Shown here: positions 37,665-47,784 of the stretch, one piece after another | Numbering within the stretch: the first letter of the stretch is position 1 | Layout: every line of letters starts with the position of its first letter | NCBI GenBank assembly: GCA_944368975.1 | Contig: CALVXI010000001.1 | Location: forward strand, 117,365-181,364 | Reading direction: 5' to 3' | Source: an uncultured Bacilli bacterium | GTDB taxonomy: Bacteria > Bacillota_I > Bacilli_A > RFN20 > CAG-826 | Length of the DNA stretch: 64,000 bases | Notes under the pieces: generated by a model | Databases searched by the model: none | Seen by the model: the letters and a program-made list of their open reading frames with translations, nothing else | Told to the model about the DNA's origin: nothing | Translations under genes and position numbers: made by a program

Positions 37665-39203
37665 ATGAGCGCTAAAAAGAAGAAAGAATCAGCTAAATTT
37701 GATAAATATGAAAAGAAATATCGTTTATATAGTGATATTTATAATAAGTATTTATCTAAGATCAATAATGAATCTTTAAGTGATAAAGATTTATTTTTAG
37801 CATCTATTAAACTTGAATTAGCTTTCTCTTTAAGAAATCTTGCATTTAGTCAATTATTTCTTGGCTTAAATGAATTAAAACCTATTTTTCAAAGAAGATT
37901 TATTGAAGCTCTTGCTTTATATTCTTATTATGAAAATGGTTTACTTGAGGATGTTAATCTTCATATATTTAAATTAAAAGCGAAAAATAGAGAAGTAGGA
38001 GAAAAAGAAAGAGCAAAGATTAAAAAAGCAATTTTATTTTGTAAAAAAGGAGATATTGCTAAAGCAATATGTGAAAATAAATTCTTATATTTACATGGTA
38101 CTACTGAACAAGTATTTAAATTTTCTAACTTAATTAAAGATATTAAATTAGAAAATTTAAATAAATTTGATGATCATGATTTTTATTTCTTTTATTCTTT
38201 ATTTTCAATATTTATTCATCATCCAATTGTATATAGAGATGTTTATAAAAGATTTCCTAATTTAAATGGATTAGATATAGGAAATTATATTTTTAAAGAA
38301 GATATAAAAGAAATAACAAGATTAAATACTCCTTCAGTGGATCATAAAATAGATGAGTATGGTCCATTATTTGATAGTTTACATTATGTTGAAAGCGAAT
38401 TACTTAAGCTTGATATAAATTTATTAAAAAATGAAGAATCTTTTTTAAGCCATAGTTTTATATCTTTATTTAATAGTTTCTTTTTAAACTTTGCTTATAG
38501 TTTAGTTTTTGAAAATTATGAAGAAATGATTGTTCCTTTAAGATCATTTCTTGAAAAGATAAGTATTTTTTATCGTTTATTTTCTTTTGATAAAGCTAAA
38601 GCCTATAAAATATATGATTTATATTATGAAGGAATCATTTATTCTTCTATAAATTATGATTATCAAACATCGAATAATGAAACTTTACATGAAGAAGAAC
38701 TTAAAGAAGTTTATAAAATATATAAGAATGAGTTTAAAGAAAAAGATAATTATTATGATTTTAAAGAAAAGATTGTAAAGAATCCTTCGTATTTAATCTT
38801 TTTAAAGAAATACACATATTCAAATCAAGTAAAAACCTTTTTAAATGATTTTATGAAAGAAGATGCTAATGAATTATTTAAATTATATCAAGCAAGTGTT
38901 GATCTAAATCATGCTAGTGGGTTTTTAGGTTTTAAAGATAATAATGAATATAAAAAAGCGACGAATGTCATTTTTAAATTAATAAGTAAAATACTTAATA
39001 GTTATCAACAATTTTTAAATAAAATTAATGATTTTAGCTTAGAAAATAGTGAATATAGTAAAGAGATTGAATTTATAATTGAAGACTTAAATGATTCTTT
39101 TGAAGAATTTGGTTTCCACTTTAAAGATATATATGGTGGTAATAATGATAAATTTGATTTAGATATCGATATTAAGAATATATTAGATTTCTTTGAAGAC
39201 TAA
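37665..39203 (+). CDS. Hypothetical cytoplasmic protein, 512 aa, no recognisable domain
   Basis: Long uninterrupted ORF in a very AT-rich stretch. K/N/E/F/Y-rich and probably helical, with no TM segment or signal peptide. No SD sequence is visible. The 3' end overlaps the convergent ABC exporter gene by 4 nt. Confidence 0.5.
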   Translation: MSAKKKKESAKFDKYEKKYRLYSDIYNKYLSKINNESLSDKDLFLASIKLELAFSLRNLAFSQLFLGLNELKPIFQRRFIEALALYSYYENGLLEDVNLHIFKLKAKNREVGEKERAKIKKAILFCKKGDIAKAICENKFLYLHGTTEQVFKFSNLIKDIKLENLNKFDDHDFYFFYSLFSIFIHHPIVYRDVYKRFPNLNGLDIGNYIFKEDIKEITRLNTPSVDHKIDEYGPLFDSLHYVESELLKLDINLLKNEESFLSHSFISLFNSFFLNFAYSLVFENYEEMIVPLRSFLEKISIFYRLFSFDKAKAYKIYDLYYEGIIYSSINYDYQTSNNETLHEEELKEVYKIYKNEFKEKDNYYDFKEKIVKNPSYLIFLKKYTYSNQVKTFLNDFMKEDANELFKLYQASVDLNHASGFLGFKDNNEYKKATNVIFKLISKILNSYQQFLNKINDFSLENSEYSKEIEFIIEDLNDSFEEFGFHFKDIYGGNNDKFDLDIDIKNILDFFED

Positions 39204-41050
39204 TCTAATTCTGTTTTACCTTTATATAAGTTATAGTAGTAACCTTTTAAAGCGAGTAATTCTTCATGGGTCCCTCGTTCAATAATTTTACCATGTTCTA
39301 AACATAAAATAGCGTCACTATTTCTTACAGTAGATAAACGATGAGCAATAACTAAAACAGTACGATCCTCCATTAAAGCATTCATACTTTTTTGAACTAA
39401 TTTTTCAGTATGAGTATCAATATTACTTGTTGCTTCATCTAAAATTAAAACTGGAGGTCTACTTAAAGCAGCTCTTGCTAAAGCTAATAATTGTCTTTGA
39501 CCTTCACTTAGGTTATGCCCATCATCATATAAAGGAGTATCATATCCTAAAGGTAAACGTTTTATAAAGCTATCAGCATTAGCAATTTTACTTGCGTTAA
39601 TTATTTCTTCCATTGTTGAATGACGTCTAACATAGCTTATATTTTCTTTAATTGTACCGGTAAATAAGTGAGTTTCTTGAGTTACCATTGAAATAGATCT
39701 TCTTAAAGATTCTTTTTTAATATCTTTAATATTGATTCCATCATAAGTAATTTCTCCACTATTAATTTCATAAAATCTAGAAATTAAAGATATAATTGTT
39801 GTTTTACCAGCACCAGTAGAACCAACAAAAGCAATTTTTTCTCCAGGATTAGCATATAAACTTATATTATTTAAAACAATTTTTTTATCGTTATAACCGA
39901 AAGTAACATTATTAAATCTAATATCACCTTTAAGAACTTTAATTTCATTAGTCGAAGGAATTAACCAACCAAAATGATCCTTACTATTAGGATTATCATT
40001 TAATCTAATTAAAGTAACTTTACCTTCATCTATTTCTTCATCTAAATCTAAATAATTAAATATTCTTTCAGCACCTGCTAAAGCAGTTAAGATTGCATTT
40101 ATATGTTGAGTAATGAAGTTAAATGGTTGAGCACTTTGTCTAACATAAACCATATAACTAGTTAAAGCAGGAACTCCACCAATTAACCAACCATTTACTG
40201 AAAAAATAACTCCTAATACGCAAGATATAGCAAAATTAAAATAACTCAAAGAAACTATTACTGGAACATTTAATTGAGTGTGAAAGAAACTTTTAGTAGC
40301 AATCTTTTGTAAAGCTTTATTTCTTTTATTAAATTCTTCATAATTTTCATTTTGATGATTAAAAGCTTTTTCAACTTTACTACCATTAATATTTTCTTCA
40401 ATAAAGCCATTCATATTTGATAATTCTTTTTGTTGTTCTTTAAAATATCCTCTACATTTATGAGAATTATATAAAACAAAGCTCATCATCAAGATTAAAA
40501 AGAATATAACTATTAAAGTTAAATAAACATTTAATAAAAATAAACCAGTAAGAGTACCAACAATATTTGCTAAACTAAATACAAAATTAGCAAAAGAATC
40601 ATTTAAAGCTGTATTAAGTGTATCGATATCATTAGTGAAATAAGTCATAAATTCACCATGAGTATGTTTATCAAATTCACTTAAAGGTAATTTTAAAGTG
40701 TGGATAATTAAATCTTTTCTAATTTCACTAATTACTTTTTGTGATGTTCTAATCATTAATTGGTTGTAAACTAAAGTTGAAATAACTCCACCTAAATATA
40801 AACTTGCCATTAATATAATGTTATTCATTAAATCGATACTAGTAGCAGTGCCATCTTTTAAATTAAGAATAACACTTATTACATCTTGCAATTTAAATGT
40901 TCCAAAGATTGAAGCAATACTAGAAAAGATTGTTAATAGGACTACTAAAACTAAAATAAAGCCTTTAACACCTTTATAATAAGAAAGTAGTCTAAAGAAG
41001 GTTTTAAAGAAATTTTGTGGTCGAGCTCTTTTAATAACTAATTGTTTCAT
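39200..41050 (-). CDS. ABC exporter half-transporter (TMD-NBD), consensus-site subunit of a heterodimer
   Basis: Six N-terminal TM helices. Walker A GSTGAGKTT, Walker B LILDEATSNID and H-loop IAHRLST are canonical, but the signature is LSEGQRQLL (non-canonical). Confidence 0.85.
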   Translation of the reverse strand: MKQLVIKRARPQNFFKTFFRLLSYYKGVKGFILVLVVLLTIFSSIASIFGTFKLQDVISVILNLKDGTATSIDLMNNIILMASLYLGGVISTLVYNQLMIRTSQKVISEIRKDLIIHTLKLPLSEFDKHTHGEFMTYFTNDIDTLNTALNDSFANFVFSLANIVGTLTGLFLLNVYLTLIVIFFLILMMSFVLYNSHKCRGYFKEQQKELSNMNGFIEENINGSKVEKAFNHQNENYEEFNKRNKALQKIATKSFFHTQLNVPVIVSLSYFNFAISCVLGVIFSVNGWLIGGVPALTSYMVYVRQSAQPFNFITQHINAILTALAGAERIFNYLDLDEEIDEGKVTLIRLNDNPNSKDHFGWLIPSTNEIKVLKGDIRFNNVTFGYNDKKIVLNNISLYANPGEKIAFVGSTGAGKTTIISLISRFYEINSGEITYDGINIKDIKKESLRRSISMVTQETHLFTGTIKENISYVRRHSTMEEIINASKIANADSFIKRLPLGYDTPLYDDGHNLSEGQRQLLALARAALSRPPVLILDEATSNIDTHTEKLVQKSMNALMEDRTVLVIAHRLSTVRNSDAILCLEHGKIIERGTHEELLALKGYYYNLYKGKTELD

Positions 41051-42807
41051 TCTAATTTACCTTCATTTTGAATTTTGTACGTATTTTGATAAATTTCATC
41101 TTTAATAAGAAGTTCATCGTGAGTACCAATATTTTCAATTTTTCCTTCATTTAAAACAATTATTTCATCAGCATCTTCAATAGCACTAACTTTTTGTGAA
41201 ATAACAATTTTGGTTATATCTTTTAAAGATTTAAGATTTTCTTTAATTTGAGCTTCAGTTATTCTATCTAAAGCACTAAAAGAATCATCTAAAATAAGTA
41301 TTTTTGGTTTTTTTAATAATGCTCTAGCTAGACAAAGTCTTTGTCTTTGTCCTCCACTAACATTACTTCCCGTTTGTCCTATAATTGTCTCAAATCCATT
41401 AGGTAATTGATTCATAATAAAATCATAAGAACAGGTTATTTTACAAGCTTCAATAATTTCTTCCATTGAAGCATTTTTGTTACCCCACTTAAGATTATCT
41501 AAAATAGTACCAGAAAATAGAAGTGGTCCTTGAAAGGAAATTGCAATTTTATCATGCAATTCTTTTAAACTAAAATCTTTTATATTTTGATTATCAATAT
41601 ATATTTCACCTTCGGTTGTATCATAAAATCTTTCAATTAAATTAATTAATGTAGTTTTACTACTTCCTGTTTGTCCAATAATTCCGATATATTGGCCGTG
41701 TTTTATGTTAAAATTAATATCTTTTAAAACATATTCTTTTGCATCTTTATTATATTTAAAGCTAACATGATCAAATCTAATTGATCCGCTATTTATTCTT
41801 GAAGTAGAGTTAACATTATCAATAATTTCACTTTTTGTATCGATTACTTCTAAGACTCTAGTAACACTAGCACTTGATCTATTAATCATCATAAAGACAT
41901 TACTTAGCATTTGCATTGTGGCCAATAATTGCATAATGTAACTTAAAAAAGTAGAAATTTCGCTAACATCTTGGATTAATCCTTGTGTGAAGAAGCTTGC
42001 ACCAAAAACAAGTAAAGCAATAATTGTTGAATAGGTTACAAATTGCATAGTTGGCATATTCATAGCAATTAAACTAAATGAACTACTAGCTGTTTTTCTT
42101 AAATCTTCATTAACTTCATTAAATTTAAGTTGTTCATAATCTTCTTTTACATAAGCTTTAATTGTCCTAATTGCGATAATTGATTCTTGAGTAGTGCGAT
42201 TTAATCTATCAACTATTTTTTGTAGTGCTTTAAATTTAGGTGTAACTAGTTTTAATAAAATTCCTAAAATGATTGCTAATACTGGAATAGCAACTAAAAA
42301 TATTAAACCTAAATAAGGACTAACGATAAATGCTAAAACTAATGAAAAAATAAGAAGAACTGGGCTTCTTAAGCTTGCTCTAAATGATTGACAGAAACTA
42401 TCTTGTATAATTGTTATATCATTAGTAAGTCTAGTAATTAAGCTAGAAGCTCTAAAATTATCCAAATTATTAAATGAATATTTTTGAATCGCTTTATATT
42501 CTTCATCTCTTAATGTAGCTCCTAAGCCTCTACCACAAATTGCAGTATATCTTGCTCCTAAAATACCAAATAAAAAGGCAAGTAGTGCACAGCCTATCAT
42601 TGCTCCTCCAACACTATAAACAACTACATAATTAACTTTTGTAATAACTTGATCACTTCCATAAAAAATACCAAGATTATTTTGCAAAATGAAATTCATA
42701 AGAAATGGAACAACTATTTCAAGTAAGGTTTCTAAAACGACAAAGATTATAGCAAGTATCGTTTCTTTTTTATAATATTTTAAATAACTAAAGAGTTTTT
42801 TAATCAT
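41047..42807 (-). CDS. ABC exporter half-transporter (TMD-NBD), degenerate-site subunit of a heterodimer
   Basis: Walker A GQTGSSKTT and canonical signature VSGGQRQRL. Walker B is ILILDDSFSALD (catalytic Glu replaced by Asp) and the H-loop is ISQKVS (His replaced by Gln). It overlaps the partner gene by 4 nt. Confidence 0.85.
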   Translation of the reverse strand: MIKKLFSYLKYYKKETILAIIFVVLETLLEIVVPFLMNFILQNNLGIFYGSDQVITKVNYVVVYSVGGAMIGCALLAFLFGILGARYTAICGRGLGATLRDEEYKAIQKYSFNNLDNFRASSLITRLTNDITIIQDSFCQSFRASLRSPVLLIFSLVLAFIVSPYLGLIFLVAIPVLAIILGILLKLVTPKFKALQKIVDRLNRTTQESIIAIRTIKAYVKEDYEQLKFNEVNEDLRKTASSSFSLIAMNMPTMQFVTYSTIIALLVFGASFFTQGLIQDVSEISTFLSYIMQLLATMQMLSNVFMMINRSSASVTRVLEVIDTKSEIIDNVNSTSRINSGSIRFDHVSFKYNKDAKEYVLKDINFNIKHGQYIGIIGQTGSSKTTLINLIERFYDTTEGEIYIDNQNIKDFSLKELHDKIAISFQGPLLFSGTILDNLKWGNKNASMEEIIEACKITCSYDFIMNQLPNGFETIIGQTGSNVSGGQRQRLCLARALLKKPKILILDDSFSALDRITEAQIKENLKSLKDITKIVISQKVSAIEDADEIIVLNEGKIENIGTHDELLIKDEIYQNTYKIQNEGKLE

Positions 42808-43049
42808 GATTATATTCTAAACTCAATTTTAATATTTTCAATAAATAATATATTTCCATTAATTAATAAAAAAATTAAAATTTTAGTAATTTAGTATAAA
42901 ATTAGTATATTTCTAGTAGTTTTATAGTCATCTTTTTTATTCAAGAAATAAAGAATAATAATTTTTTATTTTTATATACTTTTTATTTATATCAAACTTT
43001 ATAAAAAAATTTTTAATATGTTAAAATAATATTATCGAGGTAGAAAAAT

Positions 43050-43571
43050 ATGAATGAATTTTATCAAGGTATTATTACTCGTAGAAGTGTTCGAAAGTTT
43101 AAAAATACTCCTATAAGCGATGAAATAATTAAGGAAATAGTTGATGCTGGTTTAAAAGCACCAAGCGGAAGAAATTCTCAAGATACAATTATTTTAGCTA
43201 TAACAAATAAAGAAATAATTAAGAAACTTTCAAAAGCTAATGCTTTAGTTGGTGAAATGGAAGGAGACCCTTTTTATGGAGCACCAGCTATTTTAGTAGT
43301 TTTAGCTAAAAAAGATAGTCCATTAAGAATTTATAATGGTAGTTTAGTAATGGAAAATTTAATGTTAGCAAGCCATAGTTTAGGTTTAGGAAGTTGTTGG
43401 ATTCATAGAGCAAAAGAAACTTTCGAGATGCCTGAATTTAAAAAAATATTAATTGATAATGGAATAAATGAAGAATATGAAGGTATAGGAAATTGTATTA
43501 TCGGTTATATTGATGGAGAATATCCAAGTGATAAAGAAATAAAATCAAATAGAGTTATCTATATAAAATAA
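43050..43571 (+). CDS. Nitroreductase-family oxidoreductase
   Basis: 173 aa with IITRRSVRKFK near the N-terminus, APSGRNSQ and GLGSCWI, typical of FMN nitroreductases. Confidence 0.8.
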   Translation: MNEFYQGIITRRSVRKFKNTPISDEIIKEIVDAGLKAPSGRNSQDTIILAITNKEIIKKLSKANALVGEMEGDPFYGAPAILVVLAKKDSPLRIYNGSLVMENLMLASHSLGLGSCWIHRAKETFEMPEFKKILIDNGINEEYEGIGNCIIGYIDGEYPSDKEIKSNRVIYIK

Positions 43572-43634
43572 TTTCTATCTACAAAATTAATATAAAATCA
43601 TTTAAAATGATTAAGTTGTTTTTGAGGAAGTTTT

Positions 43635-45254
43635 ATGGACAAATCTAAAATGAAATTTATCTTTGTTACGGGCGGAGTTGTTTCTAGTTTAGGAAAAGGA
43701 ATTAGTGCCGCAAGTATTGGAAGATTACTTAAAAGAAGGGGATTAAATATTTTTTCAGTTAAATTAGATCCTTATTTAAATATCGATCCAGGTACAATGT
43801 CACCTTATCAACATGGGGAAGTTTTCGTAACAAAAGATGGTGCAGAAACTGATTTAGATTTAGGCCATTATGAAAGAATAATTAATACTAGTTTAACCAA
43901 AGAAAGTAGCGTAACGAGTGGTAAAGTTTATCAAACGGTATTAGACAAAGAAAGAAAAGGCGAATATTTAGGAGCTACTATTCAAATTATTCCTCATATT
44001 ACTAATGAGATTAAAAAAAGATTATTCGATGCTTTTAATGCAAAAGGCGATACCGACGTTTGTATAGTTGAAATAGGTGGAACAGTAGGTGATATTGAAT
44101 CTTTACCATTTTTTGAAGCTATTAGACAACTTCGTAGAGAATTAGGCTATGAAAATACTTTTTTTATGCATAACACCTTAGTTCCTTATTTAGAGACTAG
44201 TGGAGAAATTAAAACAAAGCCTACTCAACATAGTGTTAAAGAACTTACGGGGCTTGGAATTCAACCTGATGCTTTACTTTTAAGAAGTCATCATAATATC
44301 GATAAAGCTAATAAAAAGAAAGTTGCTTTATTTTGTAATGTCGATGATGATGCAGTTATTAGCGTTAAAGATGTTGATATTATTTATGAAGTTGCTTTAA
44401 ATTTACAAAAGCAACATCTTGATGATTTAATAGTTAATCATCTTAGACTTAATTGTGAACCAGTTGCATATATGGATGATTGGGTTGAATTAATTAAGAA
44501 GATTAAAAACTTAAAAAAAGAAGTAAATATTGCTTTAGTTGGTAAGTATGTAAAACTTCATGATGCATATTTAAGTGTTTATGAATCACTTAAATATGCA
44601 GGTTATGTTTATAATACAAAAGTTAATGTCACTTGGGTTGATAGTGAAGAACTTGAAAGTATAGATGACTTAAATGAAGTTTTTAAAGATGTTAAAGGTA
44701 TTATTGTTCCAGGAGGATTTGGATCTCGTGGTATAGAAGGGAAAATTAAGGCTATTAAATATGCTAGAGAAAATAATATTCCTTTCTTAGGCTTATGCTT
44801 AGGAATGCAATTATCATTAATTGAAATCGCTAGAGATTTATTAGGCTATCAAGGAGCAAATTCAACCGAATTTGATTCAGAAACTAATTATAAAATAATT
44901 GATTATTTACCAAATCAATATAAAGGTATAAGACTTGGTGGAACAATGAGACTTGGAGAATATGATTGTGAAGTTTTAGAAAATACTAAAGCTTTTGATT
45001 TGTATCAAGAACACTTAATTCAAGAAAGACATCGTCATAGATATGAGTTTAATAATATCTATAAAGAAGATTTTGAAAGAGTAGGTGTTACTTTTAGTGG
45101 AGTTAATCCACAAACTAAACTTTGTGAAATAATTGAGCTTAAAGATCATCCTTTCTTTATTGCTTGTCAATTTCATCCAGAGTTTAAATCACGTCCTTTA
45201 AATGCTCATCCATTATTTAAAGGATTTATTGAAGCTAGTATTAATAAAGACTAA
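43635..45254 (+). CDS. pyrG: CTP synthase
   Basis: FVTGGVVSSLGKGI, DPYLNIDPGTMSPYQHGEVFV, the glutaminase site GLCLGMQ, and HRHRYEFN. Confidence 0.95.
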   Translation: MDKSKMKFIFVTGGVVSSLGKGISAASIGRLLKRRGLNIFSVKLDPYLNIDPGTMSPYQHGEVFVTKDGAETDLDLGHYERIINTSLTKESSVTSGKVYQTVLDKERKGEYLGATIQIIPHITNEIKKRLFDAFNAKGDTDVCIVEIGGTVGDIESLPFFEAIRQLRRELGYENTFFMHNTLVPYLETSGEIKTKPTQHSVKELTGLGIQPDALLLRSHHNIDKANKKKVALFCNVDDDAVISVKDVDIIYEVALNLQKQHLDDLIVNHLRLNCEPVAYMDDWVELIKKIKNLKKEVNIALVGKYVKLHDAYLSVYESLKYAGYVYNTKVNVTWVDSEELESIDDLNEVFKDVKGIIVPGGFGSRGIEGKIKAIKYARENNIPFLGLCLGMQLSLIEIARDLLGYQGANSTEFDSETNYKIIDYLPNQYKGIRLGGTMRLGEYDCEVLENTKAFDLYQEHLIQERHRHRYEFNNIYKEDFERVGVTFSGVNPQTKLCEIIELKDHPFFIACQFHPEFKSRPLNAHPLFKGFIEASINKD

Positions 45255-45275
45255 ACTTTATTAATACATTAATTT

Positions 45276-45351
45276 GGGGCAATAGCTCAGTTGGGAGAGC
45301 GCATCGTTCGCAACGATGAGGTCGCGAGTTCGATCCTCGTTTGCTCCACCA
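45276..45351 (+). tRNA. tRNA-Ala (anticodon CGC), CCA encoded
   Basis: 76-nt cloverleaf: acceptor GGGGCAA/TTGCTCC with the G3:U70 alanine identity pair, D arm GCTC-AGTTGGGA-GAGC, anticodon arm CATCG-TTCGCAA-CGATG, T arm GCGAG-TTCGATC-CTCGT, A73 and CCA. Confidence 0.9.
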
Positions 45352-45734
45352 GAAGTAGAAAAAATGTGATAGTTGCTTTCATTCAGGATAACTTTGTAAG
45401 CTTGCATAGATTTAGTTATTAAAATTTCTAAAGTTTATGTTCTTATTAAAATGTGCAAAGGAAGATGTCGCCAAAAAGGAAAGCGAAAACTTGTCAAAAA
45501 GCAAAAAAAGCGGTAATTGTTTTTAATAATATCTCTTCTATTTTATTTGTCGAAAATATTATAAATGATAAGAAATCGGCCAATTTATAAGATATACGCT
45601 TTGATTTTATATATGTAATAAAAATCGAGAAATATAAAATATTACTTTAGATTTCTCGAAAATTATTATTGAATATTTTTTAATTTGGAAATTAAGTGAA
45701 TAATAATTATTTTGGTATCAAGATAAAGAATAAT

Positions 45735-45762
45735 TTGAAATTTTGCATAATTTTATTATAAT
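45735..45762 (+). promoter_or_regulatory. Putative promoter for the DUF4143-type ATPase gene
   Basis: TTGAAA (45735-45740), 16-nt spacer, TATAAT (45757-45762). Such matches are common by chance in AT-rich DNA. Confidence 0.35.
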
Positions 45763-45811
45763 AAGAACGAGATTAATAAATTGACACTTTAGAAATCTCG
45801 GAGGTAATAAC

Positions 45812-47041
45812 ATGAAATATATCAATAGAACAATTGAAAAAGAAATTTTTGAGGCTTCGAAATATTATCCTGTTGTTATGGTTTGTGGTCAAAGACAAGT
45901 TGGAAAATCAACCATGTTAAATCATATAAAAGAACCAAATAGAAGATTTGTTAGCTTTGATGATTTAAATGCTAGAAGATTGGCACTCGAAGATCCTGAT
46001 TTATTTTTTGATGTCTACAAATATCCACTTATTATTGATGAGTTTCAAAAAGTCCCATCGATATTAGAAAAAATTAAAGAAATTGTTGATCGACTTGCCT
46101 TAGAAGGGAAGGATAATAATGGTTTATTTTGGTTAACTGGTTCACAAAAGTTTAAAATGATGAAAAATATATCAGAATCTCTAGCTGGAAGAGTTTCTAT
46201 ATATGAATTATCAAGTTTATCTTTTAATGAGATTTATGAAGTTGATGATAAAGGAGTTTTTACTCCTAATATAGATGTGCTTAAAGAAAGACAACCAATT
46301 CCTTTAAATGTTAACGAGGTTTTTAAAAATATTTTTAGAGGTGGTATGCCTAGAATAATTACAAATGGTATTAATAGAGAAAAATATTATAGTAACTATA
46401 TAACAACTTATATTGAAAGAGACATAAGAGAAATGGAGGCAGTAGGAAAACTTAATGAGTTTTATGATTTCTTAGTTTTTATGGCTAGTAGAACTGCACA
46501 AGAACTCCATTATGATGAAATTGCTAAAAAAATTGGAATAAGTGCTCCAACCGCTAAAGAGTGGGTCTCTATTTTAGAAAGATCAGGCTTAATATTTATT
46601 TTAAGACCATATTATAAAGATATAACTAGTCGACTTGTTAAAACTCCAAAAGTTTATTTTTTAGATACTGGTTTAGCTAGCTATTTATGTCGTTGGTTAA
46701 CACCTGAAACTTTGGCAAATGGCAATATGGATGGAGCAATGTTAGAAACTTATGTTGTAAGTGAAATAGTAAAAAGTTATTACAATCATGGTAAAGAAAT
46801 AAATAATTTATATTATTATCGAGATTTTGATAAAAAAGAAATTGATTTATTAGTCGTCGAAGATAATAACATTTATCCTATTGAGATAAGGAAAAATAAA
46901 TCACCTAATCATCCTGATAAAAATTTTTCAGTTCTTAATAAATTTAATATGAACATTAAACCTGGATTAGTTATTTGTTTGGTTGATGAATTAATGCCAA
47001 TAAATAAAGATTGTTGGCTTTGTCCAATCTCTTTAATCTAA
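45812..47041 (+). CDS. AAA-type ATPase with C-terminal DUF4143-like domain (function unknown)
   Basis: Walker A CGQRQVGKST and Walker B LIIDEFQ. Architecture and length (409 aa) match the widespread ATP-binding protein family (AAA_14 plus DUF4143). GGAGG RBS. Confidence 0.7.
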   Translation: MKYINRTIEKEIFEASKYYPVVMVCGQRQVGKSTMLNHIKEPNRRFVSFDDLNARRLALEDPDLFFDVYKYPLIIDEFQKVPSILEKIKEIVDRLALEGKDNNGLFWLTGSQKFKMMKNISESLAGRVSIYELSSLSFNEIYEVDDKGVFTPNIDVLKERQPIPLNVNEVFKNIFRGGMPRIITNGINREKYYSNYITTYIERDIREMEAVGKLNEFYDFLVFMASRTAQELHYDEIAKKIGISAPTAKEWVSILERSGLIFILRPYYKDITSRLVKTPKVYFLDTGLASYLCRWLTPETLANGNMDGAMLETYVVSEIVKSYYNHGKEINNLYYYRDFDKKEIDLLVVEDNNIYPIEIRKNKSPNHPDKNFSVLNKFNMNIKPGLVICLVDELMPINKDCWLCPISLI

Positions 47042-47181
47042 GTTGATAATTAAATTATTATTGTTAGAATTTAAGTAAAGAAAAAAGTAAACGCTTTAAG
47101 TTTATTTTTAAGAACTTATTTATAAAATTAATTTTTTTGTTCATAAATTCAATAATCTCACTACTTGTAAGTAGGGAGGTT

Positions 47182-47784
47182 ATGATGATTATTTTATTTA
47201 ATATTGTTATTGGAATAAGTTTAATATTTTTAATAGTTTTAGTTTCTTTCTTTGTTTTTAAGATTTTTAAGCTTAAAAGTTGGTATATGAATGATTTACT
47301 TAATAAAGATAAAGAATTTAAAGATATTTATATTAATGTATTTAATGATACAAATTTAAGTTTATTTAATAATAAAGATTATTTGTTATTAACAGATATT
47401 ATCTTAAAAGATAATGATCTTATTTTAAGCTATGATGAACTTATTAAAATTAGTAAAGAAACAAAGTTTAAAAATATTAAAGCTCTTGAAAATGAATTTA
47501 ATAACTTAATTATAAGTAAAGTTAATGATATTGATAGTGAATGTCCATTAAATTACTTATGTGAAAAAGTTATTAAAGAAGTAAATTTATTAGAAAAATT
47601 TGCCTTTTATGTTAATAACTCGTTTCTATCAAGAAACGAGTGTAAAAAATATAAGAAGGACTTTATTAATAAAATTAGAGCCTATTCTTATATTATTTCT
47701 AGTTTAAATTATGATAAAGATAGTTATTTAAATATTCGTAAGTTATATAAAAAATGGAATAAGAAAATTAAATATGGTTTTTAA
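47182..47784 (+). CDS. Hypothetical N-terminally membrane-anchored protein
   Basis: Start moved to ATG 47182 behind GGGAGG. One TM helix (IILFNIVIGISLIFLIVLVSFFVF) is followed by a K/N-rich soluble part. Confidence 0.45.
   Translation: MMIILFNIVIGISLIFLIVLVSFFVFKIFKLKSWYMNDLLNKDKEFKDIYINVFNDTNLSLFNNKDYLLLTDIILKDNDLILSYDELIKISKETKFKNIKALENEFNNLIISKVNDIDSECPLNYLCEKVIKEVNLLEKFAFYVNNSFLSRNECKKYKKDFINKIRAYSYIISSLNYDKDSYLNIRKLYKKWNKKIKYGF

Noticed and set aside
43572-43634. Small hairpin (aatcatt...aatgatt) plus T-run between the nitroreductase gene and pyrG, considered as a pyrG reiterative-transcription attenuator
   Set aside because: The stem is 7-8 AT-rich bp with almost no loop. The G-rich initially transcribed sequence characteristic of the Bacillus pyrG attenuator is not visible, so this more likely acts as a weak terminator of the upstream gene.
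45465-45590. 41-codon ORF (MSPKRKAKTCQKAKKAVIVF...) in the gap after the tRNA
   Set aside because: It is too short and has no recognisable homology. The purine-rich stretch abuts the ATG with no proper spacing, so I cannot support it as a gene. It might be a remnant.
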